Shown here piece after piece: positions 1-9,207 of a stretch of 64,000 bases of DNA. Location: the NCBI GenBank assembly GCA_964420295.1, contig CAYQST010000009.1, positions 18,532-82,531 of the forward strand, given 5' to 3'. A program made the position numbers and the translations under genes. Under the pieces are notes generated by a model, which did no database searches, was not told the origin of the DNA, and worked only from the letters and a program-made list of their open reading frames with translations. Origin of the DNA: an uncultured Chromatiales bacterium (lineage in GTDB: Bacteria; Bacteroidota; Ignavibacteria; SZUA-365; CAYQST01). The number at the start of each line of letters is the position of its first letter. The first letter of the stretch is position 1.

Positions 1-895
1 CGCCAGTCTTTCCGGACAGCCGGATCTGGCCTTCGGCAACGTGGTCGGCAGCAACATCTTCAATGTGCTCTTCATCCTCGGCATCTCGGCTCTGATCACT
101 CCCCTGGTCGTCCAACGACAGCTTGTCCGCATCGATGTGCCCATCATGATCGGAGTGTCGCTTCTGCTCTACCTTCTGTCGATGGATGGCGACCTTTCCC
201 GGTTCGACGGTATCGTTCTCTTCCTGCTCTTTGCGGCGTACACGTTCCTCAGCATAAAGCTGGGTTCTGCCGATCCCGCCATGAAGGATCCGGACGCCCC
301 GCCCGTTAAAGGTCATTGGAGTCTGCACGTGGTGTTCGTCGTGGTGGGTCTTGCCCTCCTCGTCCTCGGCTCCCAGTGGATGGTGAACGGAGCCATGGCC
401 ATTGCCCGTTCCCTGGGCGTGAGCGAACTCGTCATCGGCCTCACCATCGTGGCGGCAGGCACCTCCATGCCCGAGGTGGCGACCTCCATCATCGCCTCGC
501 TGCGCGGAGAAAAAGATATCGCGGTCGGAAATGTGGTCGGGAGCAACATCTTCAACATCCTTGCTGTGCTGGGACTCAGCGCCATCGTTGCGCCGGGGGG
601 ACTCCCCATTCCACCGGGCGCGCTCCACTTCGACACTCCGGTAATGATCGCCGTGGCTGTGGCCTGCCTTCCCATCTTCTTTACCGGCCATGTGATCGCC
701 CGCTGGGAGGGGGCCCTCTTTCTCGCCTATTACGTTGCCTTTACCGTGTACCTCATCCTGAATGCTACGGGGCATGATCTGCTCGCACCGTTCAGTGCGG
801 CCATGGGCGGATACGTGTTGCCACTGACGGGCATCACGCTCCTGCTGGTGGGCTGGAGGGAATGGAACAAGAAAACGCGAACCGTCGAGCCCTAG
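1..895 (+). CDS. Na+/Ca2+ exchanger (CaCA family, YrbG-like), 5'-partial
   Basis: Two alpha-repeat motifs (GNVVGSNIFNVLFILG and GNVVGSNIFNILAVLGLSAIV). Multi-TM hydrophobic profile. The ORF runs off the window start. Confidence 0.8.
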   Translation, partial: ASLSGQPDLAFGNVVGSNIFNVLFILGISALITPLVVQRQLVRIDVPIMIGVSLLLYLLSMDGDLSRFDGIVLFLLFAAYTFLSIKLGSADPAMKDPDAPPVKGHWSLHVVFVVVGLALLVLGSQWMVNGAMAIARSLGVSELVIGLTIVAAGTSMPEVATSIIASLRGEKDIAVGNVVGSNIFNILAVLGLSAIVAPGGLPIPPGALHFDTPVMIAVAVACLPIFFTGHVIARWEGALFLAYYVAFTVYLILNATGHDLLAPFSAAMGGYVLPLTGITLLLVGWREWNKKTRTVEP

Positions 896-1998
896 AAATC
901 CCGATCCGGGATGTGGGCGGCGTCGTTGTCGAATTCGGTTTTCCGATAGGTTGAAAAATAAGAGAGGAGGGCGTCGACGAGAGGAGCCGCCGACTTCCGA
1001 AGAGGATCGACGGCGACTAACCCGGTGCGCGTGTGCATGGAGGCCGCGATACTTTGCGCTTCGGTGTTCGACACGTCCATCGAATTGAGTCCAATGCCCA
1101 CTATACGTCCCCCCGTAAAGGGCGCGACAAGCCGTTCGTGCAGGGCGATCACTTCTTCGAGCGACGGGAGAGCGAGACCGAATCCATCGGTGTCGCGGGC
1201 CAGGCGGTGGCTGAGCACCATGGCATCAGGCATGACTCCGTGCAGAATGCCCAGCGCGATCGGAGAATTGGCGCAGTTGGTCAGGGCCCCCTGGCCTTCG
1301 ATTACGATATACTCGCTTCCCTCGTGCGCGGCCTTGTCCACCTCGAGTTCATGAGCTCCGGTGGCGTATTCCGCCGGAATGGACTCGGCCGCCACGCCCC
1401 TGCGGCCCAGCACAATGCCCGCAGGTCCCGTGCCGAGAAAGGTCACCGAGAGTCCCCGGCGCACCATCTCCCGATACATTCTCCAGCCTGTGGTCATTTT
1501 TCCCGTGTCGCTGTCGGTGCCCACGGTCAGGATGGTCTTCGCCGTGCGGAGACGCCACGAGGCCTGGGCCTTGATTTGGTGGCTCTTTGGAAGCCGAAGC
1601 AGATCGATGAGCCGCACGTTATGCGTGCGCGCCACATGCACGAAATCAGGGATGTCGTTGACATGTTGTTGGAGTCCGTTGATAACGGTCATTCCCGTCT
1701 CGATCGCAAGACGAATGGCTTCATGCCATTCCTGGGGAATGACCCCTCCGATGGACGTGCTGGCCAGGAGCAGGGAATCCGGCTGATACGCGAGGGCCTC
1801 GGAAAGCGAGGCCACGACCGGAATCTCTCCTCCGAATCCCACCTGTTCCTGAACGGTGCCACCGGCCTTTGTGCTGTCGATCACGGCCACCACGCGTTCA
1901 GGGATGTAGAGCAGGGGAGCCAGAATGAGTTTCTGGCTCTGGGAGCTGAGGCGTCCCTCGGCATGGATCACGATCCGTTCGGCGGTACCGGAAAGCAT
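892..1998 (-). CDS. DUF1611 domain protein (Rossmann-like)
   Basis: The C-terminal 368 aa of the 493-aa ORF has a conserved DUF1611-like layout. The ATG at 1998..1996 overlaps the purA stop as ATGA. The longer ORF extension would overlap purA. Confidence 0.65.
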   Translation of the reverse strand: MLSGTAERIVIHAEGRLSSQSQKLILAPLLYIPERVVAVIDSTKAGGTVQEQVGFGGEIPVVASLSEALAYQPDSLLLASTSIGGVIPQEWHEAIRLAIETGMTVINGLQQHVNDIPDFVHVARTHNVRLIDLLRLPKSHQIKAQASWRLRTAKTILTVGTDSDTGKMTTGWRMYREMVRRGLSVTFLGTGPAGIVLGRRGVAAESIPAEYATGAHELEVDKAAHEGSEYIVIEGQGALTNCANSPIALGILHGVMPDAMVLSHRLARDTDGFGLALPSLEEVIALHERLVAPFTGGRIVGIGLNSMDVSNTEAQSIAASMHTRTGLVAVDPLRKSAAPLVDALLSYFSTYRKTEFDNDAAHIPDRDF

Positions 1999-3284
1999 CA
2001 CGCGAGTTCTCCAGAACGAACAAGGATAGTTTGCTCGCGTCGTGGACCCACCGACACATGCGAGAAGGGCACGCCGAGATGGTGACGGAGAAATGCGAGG
2101 TATTCCCGCGCCGGCTTCGGCAGAGAGTCCACCGTGCGGCAGTCGGCAATATCCTCCGTCCACCCAAGAAACGAGGTGTATTCGGGAGTCACGCGGTCGA
2201 GCTGCCGCGAATCCGTGGGGAACCAGGTCAGCTCCTGGTCGTCCAGCCGATACCGGGTGCAGACCCGAATTTCCGGCAGTCCGCGCAACACGTCGAGTTT
2301 GGTAATGCCGAGGCGGGTTATGCCGCTGATGGCGATGGCGGTGGAAAGAGCCACCAGATCCAGCCATCCGCAACGACGGGGCCGACCCGTGGTGGCGCCG
2401 AATTCCGCGCCTGCCTGGCGTAGGGCCTCTCCCGTGGCATCATGGAGTTCGGTGGGAAAGGGTCCCAATCCCACCCGCGTACAATAGGCCTTGGTCACTC
2501 CGACGATATCGTCGACGGCGGTCGGGGGTATGCCCAGTCCCACCATCGCTCCCCCACTCGTCGGGTGGGAAGAGGTGACGTACGGATAGGTGCCGTGCTC
2601 GATATCCAGCAGCGCGCCCTGGGCTCCCTCGCAGAGCAGGGCCATGCCCTGCTGGCGGGCCTGATGCAGAAACTGGACCGTGTCGCGCAGGTAGGGCCGG
2701 ATACGGGCAGCGAACGCGAGGGTCTCGGACACGACGGGTTCGATCTCCACTCCCGGATGATCGAAGGTGCGACGAATCTCGAGGTTGTGCTCGGCCAGGG
2801 TATGACGAAGGCGAGTCTCGAAGGCCACCGCATCGCGAAGCAGCCCCATGCGAATTCCGCGACGGGCCACCTTGTCGGTGTAGGCGGGACCGATACCGCG
2901 ACCGGTACTCCCCACGGCATGGGGACCCTGCTCCAGCAGGGCATCGATCAGTTTATGGGTCGGAAGGATCAGATGAGCCGTCTCGCTGATGTGCATTCGT
3001 CCTGCGGGATCGATGCCACGCGAGATCAGCAGGTCCATTTCTTCGAGGAGAGCGGCGGGATCGATCACCACCCCATTGCCAATCACCACATGAGTATGGG
3101 GATGGAAGATGCCCGAGGGAATGAGATGGAGAACATGTTTCTCCGATCCGAATTCGATGGTATGGCCTGCATTGGCGCCTCCCTGATAGCGGGCGACGAC
3201 ATCCATCTCCTCGCTGAGCAGATCCACCAATTTGCCTTTTCCTTCGTCACCCCACTGGGCGCCGAGCACGATGCACACGGACAT
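1998..3284 (-). CDS. purA: adenylosuccinate synthetase
   Basis: The translation begins MSVCIVLGAQWGDEGKGKLVDLL with the GDEGKGK P-loop. It is 428 aa. The ATG at 3284 was confirmed in the sequence. Confidence 0.95.
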   Translation of the reverse strand: MSVCIVLGAQWGDEGKGKLVDLLSEEMDVVARYQGGANAGHTIEFGSEKHVLHLIPSGIFHPHTHVVIGNGVVIDPAALLEEMDLLISRGIDPAGRMHISETAHLILPTHKLIDALLEQGPHAVGSTGRGIGPAYTDKVARRGIRMGLLRDAVAFETRLRHTLAEHNLEIRRTFDHPGVEIEPVVSETLAFAARIRPYLRDTVQFLHQARQQGMALLCEGAQGALLDIEHGTYPYVTSSHPTSGGAMVGLGIPPTAVDDIVGVTKAYCTRVGLGPFPTELHDATGEALRQAGAEFGATTGRPRRCGWLDLVALSTAIAISGITRLGITKLDVLRGLPEIRVCTRYRLDDQELTWFPTDSRQLDRVTPEYTSFLGWTEDIADCRTVDSLPKPAREYLAFLRHHLGVPFSHVSVGPRREQTILVRSGELA

Positions 3285-3313
3285 GATGACACCCTTGTTT
3301 TTCGCTTCACACG

Positions 3314-3341
3314 AAAAACCCTGCATGGCATGCAGGGTTTT
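3314..3341 (-). terminator. rho-independent terminator hairpin (AAAACCCTGCATG-GCATGCAGGGTTTT)
   Basis: A perfect GC-rich inverted repeat is followed by a T5 run on the minus strand. It lies downstream of the STAS gene and only about 24 nt upstream of the purA ATG. Confidence 0.5.
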
Positions 3342-3366
3342 CGGTTCCTCGTGAGAGGAACACGGA

Positions 3367-3705
3367 TTAGAGGAAACTGCGCTTCGCGTCCTCGACGGAG
3401 GCGAAGGCATGCAGCACGGAATGCAGCTTCGTGATAAGCAGAAGCTGCTGAATCTTGTCGTTCGCGCAGGCGATCCGCAGATCACCTCCGGCATTGCGCA
3501 GCGTGGTCATGCCGGAAATGATGGCTCCGATGCCCGAGCTGTTCATGAGCGCCACATTTGCCAGATCAATGACCAGACGGGTTTTGCCCGCATCGATCAG
3601 GCGATGCACGGTTTCGTTGAGCTGCGTGGCTTCGGGACCTCCGAGAATATTGCCCTCGAGGGTGAGAACGGCGATGCCGTCGTGATCCAGCGTGGAAAAC
3701 TTCAT
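3367..3705 (-). CDS. STAS domain protein (anti-sigma factor antagonist-like)
   Basis: 112 aa. The SpoIIAA-like pattern reads LVIDLANVALMNSSGIGAIISG, with the conserved Ser in the SSG motif. Confidence 0.7.
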   Translation of the reverse strand: MKFSTLDHDGIAVLTLEGNILGGPEATQLNETVHRLIDAGKTRLVIDLANVALMNSSGIGAIISGMTTLRNAGGDLRIACANDKIQQLLLITKLHSVLHAFASVEDAKRSFL

Positions 3706-3726
3706 GGGAGGCCCCGCACGATTGAA

Positions 3727-4644
3727 CTAGAAGGTGATCTTGACGTTCTTGACCGTCGCCCAGTCCAAGGTCATGGCCGCAGCCACGAACACGCTGGAAT
3801 AGACGCCCGTCAGCATGCCGATGCACATCGTGAAGGCGAATCCACGCGTGGGTTCCCCTCCAAAAAAGAGCAGGGCAACCATGGTGACGGCAGTGGTCGC
3901 CATCGTCAGCGTGGTCCGACTCATCGTCCTGTTCACACTCATGTTGAAGGTGGAATAGAGATCCTGAGTTTTGAACAGACGCAGATTCTCGCGGATGCGG
4001 TCGAACACCACCACGGTGTCGTTCACCGAATATCCGATCAGGGTCAAAAAGGCCGCCACCATGCTCTGATCGAATTCCAGGTTCACACCGGGAATCACGT
4101 TCGTGAACACCGAGACGAGACCCAGCGTCAGCAACACGTCGTGGAACAGAGACACCACCGCGCCCACTCCAAAAATCCACTTGAAGCGGAAGGCGATGTA
4201 AATCATGATTCCGATCAGGGACAGAAACACCGAAATCACGGCGTCCTGTCGAATTTCGGATCCGATCTTGGCTTCGACCCGGTTTTCCTGCAGAACCTCG
4301 ATGCGATTATCGAATTTCTTGTCGAGGGTTTCCTTGATCTCGGTGGAGATCTTGGTTCCGGTTCCCATCAAATCGGTGCGAATGATGTAGTCGGTATCCT
4401 TTCCGAAGGTCTTCACTTCGAAGGATCCGATCTTGGCGTCGGACAGAATGGTACGCAGTTCACCGATCGTGACAGTGCGGGGGAAGCGCACCACCACCTC
4501 GGTGCCGCCCTTGAAATCCAACCCCAGCACCACCCCCTTGAAGGTGAACGAGAGGATGCCGGCGAGAATGATCAGGCCAGAGAGAGCATAGAACAGCCGT
4601 CTCTTGCCCATGAAGTCGACATTCAGGTTTTGAAATACGCGCAT
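3727..4644 (-). CDS. secF: protein translocase subunit SecF
   Basis: 305 aa with the SecF TM topology. The conserved region reads FKGGTEVVVRF. It sits directly downstream of secD. Confidence 0.9.
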   Translation of the reverse strand: MRVFQNLNVDFMGKRRLFYALSGLIILAGILSFTFKGVVLGLDFKGGTEVVVRFPRTVTIGELRTILSDAKIGSFEVKTFGKDTDYIIRTDLMGTGTKISTEIKETLDKKFDNRIEVLQENRVEAKIGSEIRQDAVISVFLSLIGIMIYIAFRFKWIFGVGAVVSLFHDVLLTLGLVSVFTNVIPGVNLEFDQSMVAAFLTLIGYSVNDTVVVFDRIRENLRLFKTQDLYSTFNMSVNRTMSRTTLTMATTAVTMVALLFFGGEPTRGFAFTMCIGMLTGVYSSVFVAAAMTLDWATVKNVKITF

Positions 4645-4684
4645 GGTATGTATGGCTCCAGCTTATTGTTCACACGGAAAGGGA

Positions 4685-6574
4685 TCAACCAAAATTGAGG
4701 AGCTTGGGGCTCTTGTCCAGGGTCAGTTCGAACATGATGCGGGTCATCACAATGGCCGTGAACATCGAGCTGAGAAGACCGATGATCAGGGTGAGGGCGA
4801 AGCCCTGGATGGGACCCGAACCGAAGTTGTACAGGATGACGCTGGTGATGATGGTTGTCAGGTTACTGTCGATGATGGCCGGCATGGCGCGGGAGTATCC
4901 CGCATCCAGGGCCGCCCTCAGGGTTTTGCCCATTCCGTATTCCTCGCGGATACGCTCGTTGATGAGCACGTTGGCGTCCACCGCCATACCCACCGTGAGG
5001 AGCATACCGGCAATTCCAGGCAAGGTCAGGGTCGCCTTGAACCCGGCCAGGATTCCGAGGATGAACAGCATGTTGAAAATGACCGCGATGTTCGCGCCGA
5101 TGCCGGCGGTATGGTAGAACATCACCATCATGAGAAAGACGAGTCCCACACCAATCACGAAGGACCACCATCCCTTGTTGATGGAGTCTTCACCGAGGGA
5201 CGGACCCACGGTGCGCTCCTCAATAATTTCCACCGGCGCGGGAAGGGCACCGGCCTTCAGCACGATTTCGAGCAGACGGGCTTCGTTCATGTCCTTCATC
5301 CCGTCGATCTGACTGCTGCCCCCGATGATTTTCTGCTTCACGTTCGGGGCGGAAAACACGGCGTCGTCGAGCACGATCGCGATCGGCTTGTTGACATTCT
5401 CGCCGGTGATGCGAGCCCATTCACTGGCTCCGTCGGCACTCATTTCCATGGAGACCACGGCGCCGCCCATACCCTGCGAATCCATGCGGGCCTTGGCATC
5501 CACCACCACTTCTCCGGTCAGCTCGGCCTGGCCCTTCAGCGCATAGAACATGTAGTATTCCTTGCCCTGAATGTTTTCGGCCCGTGCAGCCCAGGCGATG
5601 CTTAGATCCGGCGGAATCATGCGCTTGACGTCCTCACGCTTGAGGATATTGGTGATCTGCTCTTTGAGTTCGGGCGTGGCCAGAAGCCCGGATCCGAACT
5701 GCACCGGGATGAACAGACTCGAGAAGGGATGCTCCCGCTTGAACTTTTCCGCCTGCTGCTCCTTACTCAGTCCCGCGTACTCGGCGGAATCCTTCTTCTC
5801 TTTTTCCTTCTGCGCGACGGCCTGGGCAGAATCCGACTGTGCGGAGTCCGCAGAAGCGGTGAGAGAATCGAGCTGCTTGCCGGCGAGAACCTTGTCGATG
5901 TTCTCGAAGGTCTTCTGCACGAGAGGCACCGGCGCGAACAGCTTGAATTCGAGGAGTGCGGTTTCCTGAATCAGACCACGCACTTCTTTTTCGTTGCTCA
6001 CGCCCGGCAATTCGAGCACGATGCGACGACTGCCCTGCTTGGTAATGGTGATTTCGGCCACGCCGTACTGATCGACGCGATTGCGGATGATCTGAATGGC
6101 ACGATCGACGGCCTTCTCGGATTCCTCCTGAAGCGAGGCGGCGATCGTGGCATTGTCGTCCCGGAGATCTCCGTAATAACGACTCATGCGCACGTTCCGC
6201 TTGTCGAAATTCGCGCGGAACAGATCGACCACGGCGGCGTCGGACATGCCCGCTTCGCTCTTCGTCTGCGCGAAGATCTGACGGAACTGATCGTCCTTGT
6301 TGCGTGCCATCTTGTCGAGCATGCTCAGAATGTCCACCTCCATGGTGACGTACATGCCACCCTGAAGATCGAGTCCGAGTTTGAGACGATTGGCACGGGC
6401 ATTGCGGATAGACTCCCCGTTCTCGTCATAATATTTCGTGCTGTCCTTGGTCCGACCGGTCAAGCCGTCGAGGGCCTGCTGATACTGGTAATCCGCCCAG
6501 GTAGGCCAGAGCATGACGACGGAAAGGACAATCAAACCGAGCGTCACGAGAATGCGGAACAAATACTTCCTCAC
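4685..6574 (-). CDS. secD: protein translocase subunit SecD
   Basis: 629 aa. The N-terminus reads MRKYLFRILVTLGLIVL. The periplasmic domain contains LDLQGGMYVTMEVD. The C-terminus has a SecD/F-type TM bundle. It starts with GTG. Confidence 0.9.
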   Translation of the reverse strand: MRKYLFRILVTLGLIVLSVVMLWPTWADYQYQQALDGLTGRTKDSTKYYDENGESIRNARANRLKLGLDLQGGMYVTMEVDILSMLDKMARNKDDQFRQIFAQTKSEAGMSDAAVVDLFRANFDKRNVRMSRYYGDLRDDNATIAASLQEESEKAVDRAIQIIRNRVDQYGVAEITITKQGSRRIVLELPGVSNEKEVRGLIQETALLEFKLFAPVPLVQKTFENIDKVLAGKQLDSLTASADSAQSDSAQAVAQKEKEKKDSAEYAGLSKEQQAEKFKREHPFSSLFIPVQFGSGLLATPELKEQITNILKREDVKRMIPPDLSIAWAARAENIQGKEYYMFYALKGQAELTGEVVVDAKARMDSQGMGGAVVSMEMSADGASEWARITGENVNKPIAIVLDDAVFSAPNVKQKIIGGSSQIDGMKDMNEARLLEIVLKAGALPAPVEIIEERTVGPSLGEDSINKGWWSFVIGVGLVFLMMVMFYHTAGIGANIAVIFNMLFILGILAGFKATLTLPGIAGMLLTVGMAVDANVLINERIREEYGMGKTLRAALDAGYSRAMPAIIDSNLTTIITSVILYNFGSGPIQGFALTLIIGLLSSMFTAIVMTRIMFELTLDKSPKLLNFG

Positions 6575-6768
6575 AGCCGATCAGCCTCCAAACAATGGGT
6601 GAATGCGTTTTTCTGATTGATCTTCACCAGAAAAATGATGAAAAACAGTAATCAGGAAAGCAAATATAGACCTCCCCGGTTTCAAAGTCAAACCGCCAAC
6701 GCGTCCAATTCCTCTCCCAGCCGTACTCCCCTTTTTCCGGATTTTTTCCTTCCCGACGGGTCCATCCA

Positions 6769-9195
6769 TTAGTCTCTGTTCCGCTCCTCGATCCCTCGCG
6801 GATGCGACGAGCGCCGAAGATTCCGGATTACCTCCCACACTCGCGGATCGGATTCCCTCTCCTCCACGGCCCGCAATTCCTCCCGGGCTGCGGGGGTGCC
6901 AAGACGGACCAGAAGCAGAATTCCGAGAATTCGTACCTCGGGATCGGGCTCGCCACATACGCCCCGGATCCACGGCAGGGCCTCCCTCGGGTTCCGCTCG
7001 AGACGCATCACCGAGGCCAGCGCACGAAGGTCGAGATCCCGGCCCGGGGCGCCGAGCCGACGCAGCGTGTCGTCACCCAGCGGCATCCCGTATCGACGGA
7101 TCCATTCCAGAGCCGCGCGGGAAATCTGATCCTTCCACGAGGGCCGCAGAAGGGCTCCTCGCACATCGGGACCCGTGGTGGTGCTGTCCACCATGAGGAG
7201 GCCGTTGAGCGCGGCGGTTGCCACGTTGTCACTGGAATCAGAGAGCGCGGCACGGAAGTGGGGGATGTCCCGGGTCGTGCGAAGACGGCTGAGGCCGATC
7301 ACCCCATATGCGCGAACCGCAGCCGCCCGATCTCCGAGCGCCGCGACGAATAGGGAACGGGCACGTGGCTCCGCCTCATCGCCGAGTCTGCGAAGCAGAC
7401 GGGTGCGGAATTCGCGATGCCTTTCGCGTCGATAGGCGCGCAGGAGGGCGGACCACACTGCGGGATCCCCTCGATGCCCACACAGAACCTCCATCGCGCG
7501 CAGACGGGCAAGAAACGAGGGATGTCTTTCCATCACACGTCGGGTCGTTGCGACATCCTCCACATGATCGATCCGACCACAGAGATCCCCCTCGGGATCC
7601 ACTCTCACCCAGGCGGGTCGTGCCGTTTTCGGCAGAGTCAGCACCGTGAGACTGTCCCTCACCTCCACATCTCGCCCTTCCTTCCCCCCGATATCCACGC
7701 GAAGGGGAAGGCGAAACCAGGTGCCGAGCGAATCTGCGGGGCGCGACTGCCGGATCTCGATACGAAGTCCGATGGCGCGCGTCCACGTCCATCGCACCGT
7801 CAACTGGGGCGCGCTCGGACGCCTCAGCCACTGGTCGAAAAACCAGCGCATCGGGCGGCCCAACACGTCCTCGGACAGACGCACCAGATCTTCGGTGGTG
7901 ACTGCGTCGAAGGCATACCGCTCGGTCCATCGTCGCACGAGAGTTCGGAACTTCTCCTCCCCCGCGATGCGGGCCAGCATGTGCAGCACGGCCGCTCCCC
8001 TGGTGTAGGCGTTGACCGGGATCATAGGATCCGGCGCAAGCACGGGTATCCGCCCTCCCCCGTCTGCGTAGGCCCGCACCTGTTCGATGCCGAGCAGACG
8101 CTGCACGGCATAATCCTGCTCGCCGCGATCGTGTCGGGTCCAACGCTGCTGCATGTAGGTAGCGAACCCCTCGTTCAACCAGAGATGGGTGCGATCGGCG
8201 GAGGTGACGAGGTCTCCCCACCAATGATGGGCCAGCTCGTGGGCAAGGAGCGGATCGAGCGGATACTCCTCCAGCATGGGCGGGGGAACGAAAACCCTCT
8301 CGTCGCTCAGCGTGGTGAGCGTGGTGTTTTCCATTCCTCCATGCGGAAAATTCGCGATGGGAACCTGGGTGTATCCGGGCCAGGGCCAGGAGATCGCGAA
8401 GGCGTCCAGAAAAAACCGCAGCATGGCCGGAGTGCGATCGAACAGGCGCCGAGCGCGGGATGCGGGCCAGTGTGGGGGATAGAGGGAGCGAATGGGAATG
8501 CCCCGGACGCTGTCCCGCAACTCGCGAAAGGTGCCCGCCACAAAGGCGATGAGATAATCGCTGTGCGGCAGGTCGAGCCGATAGCCCCAGGATCGTGTTC
8601 CATCACCATGCTCCCGGGTTTCCTGAAGGAGTCCGTTTCCGTACACCGTGAGCGCCGTGTCCACCCGCACCCACAGTTCCGATCGGGCCTTATCCCGTGG
8701 ATCGTTACGACAGGGGAACCAGGCCGGATTGTGATCGGGCTGCCCCTGAGTCCAGATCTCTCGGGGGCGCTGGGGATGGCTGGCGTCGGGACCCAGAATG
8801 GTCATCCCTCGACGAGGCCGGCAGGAATACCGCACGATCACCACCTGGGTGTCCTCCGCGAGCTCCGCATGTGGAAACGCGATACGCAGCTCTCGCCCCC
8901 CTGTCGTGTCGAAGGGAAGAGTGTGTCCATCCTCCGTGGCAAGGCCCGTGATCCGCAACGCGTCCATGGCCAGACGCAGCGTGTCGGTCCCCCTGGCGCG
9001 ACGAAACCGCACTCGCGTTTCTCCCGTCACGGTCCCGGTGCCTTCTTCCACCCTCACCGAAATACGATACTCCTTCACGTCGAGCCCGTCATACAGGTCG
9101 TCTCTGTCCTGAGCGTGGAGTGAAGGGATGCCCATGAGATACAACAGAACGAGGCCCAGCCATGGGGCCGGGCCTCGCCATACAACATCAGTCAT
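6769..9195 (-). CDS. M1 family aminopeptidase (gluzincin) fused to C-terminal HEAT repeats
   Basis: GGMEN exopeptidase motif and HELAHHWWGD...NEGFATY (HEXXH-X18-E). Signal peptide. C-terminal repeats of the form LGDRAAAVRAYGVIGL / SDNVATAALNGL. Confidence 0.85.
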   Translation of the reverse strand: MTDVVWRGPAPWLGLVLLYLMGIPSLHAQDRDDLYDGLDVKEYRISVRVEEGTGTVTGETRVRFRRARGTDTLRLAMDALRITGLATEDGHTLPFDTTGGRELRIAFPHAELAEDTQVVIVRYSCRPRRGMTILGPDASHPQRPREIWTQGQPDHNPAWFPCRNDPRDKARSELWVRVDTALTVYGNGLLQETREHGDGTRSWGYRLDLPHSDYLIAFVAGTFRELRDSVRGIPIRSLYPPHWPASRARRLFDRTPAMLRFFLDAFAISWPWPGYTQVPIANFPHGGMENTTLTTLSDERVFVPPPMLEEYPLDPLLAHELAHHWWGDLVTSADRTHLWLNEGFATYMQQRWTRHDRGEQDYAVQRLLGIEQVRAYADGGGRIPVLAPDPMIPVNAYTRGAAVLHMLARIAGEEKFRTLVRRWTERYAFDAVTTEDLVRLSEDVLGRPMRWFFDQWLRRPSAPQLTVRWTWTRAIGLRIEIRQSRPADSLGTWFRLPLRVDIGGKEGRDVEVRDSLTVLTLPKTARPAWVRVDPEGDLCGRIDHVEDVATTRRVMERHPSFLARLRAMEVLCGHRGDPAVWSALLRAYRRERHREFRTRLLRRLGDEAEPRARSLFVAALGDRAAAVRAYGVIGLSRLRTTRDIPHFRAALSDSSDNVATAALNGLLMVDSTTTGPDVRGALLRPSWKDQISRAALEWIRRYGMPLGDDTLRRLGAPGRDLDLRALASVMRLERNPREALPWIRGVCGEPDPEVRILGILLLVRLGTPAAREELRAVEERESDPRVWEVIRNLRRSSHPRGIEERNRD

Positions 9196-9207
9196 GGGAT
9201 TCGGAGT

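Noticed and set aside
1999-2373. 125-aa N-terminal extension of the DUF1611 ORF overlapping purA
   Set aside because: It would overlap the purA 3' end on the same strand. The ATG at 1998 gives a typical DUF1611 length and start/stop coupling.
7417-9123. 568-aa plus-strand ORF antisense to the M1 aminopeptidase
   Set aside because: Arg/Gly/His/Pro-rich composition is typical of antisense frames in GC-rich DNA. The opposite strand encodes a protein with clear zinc-peptidase motifs.
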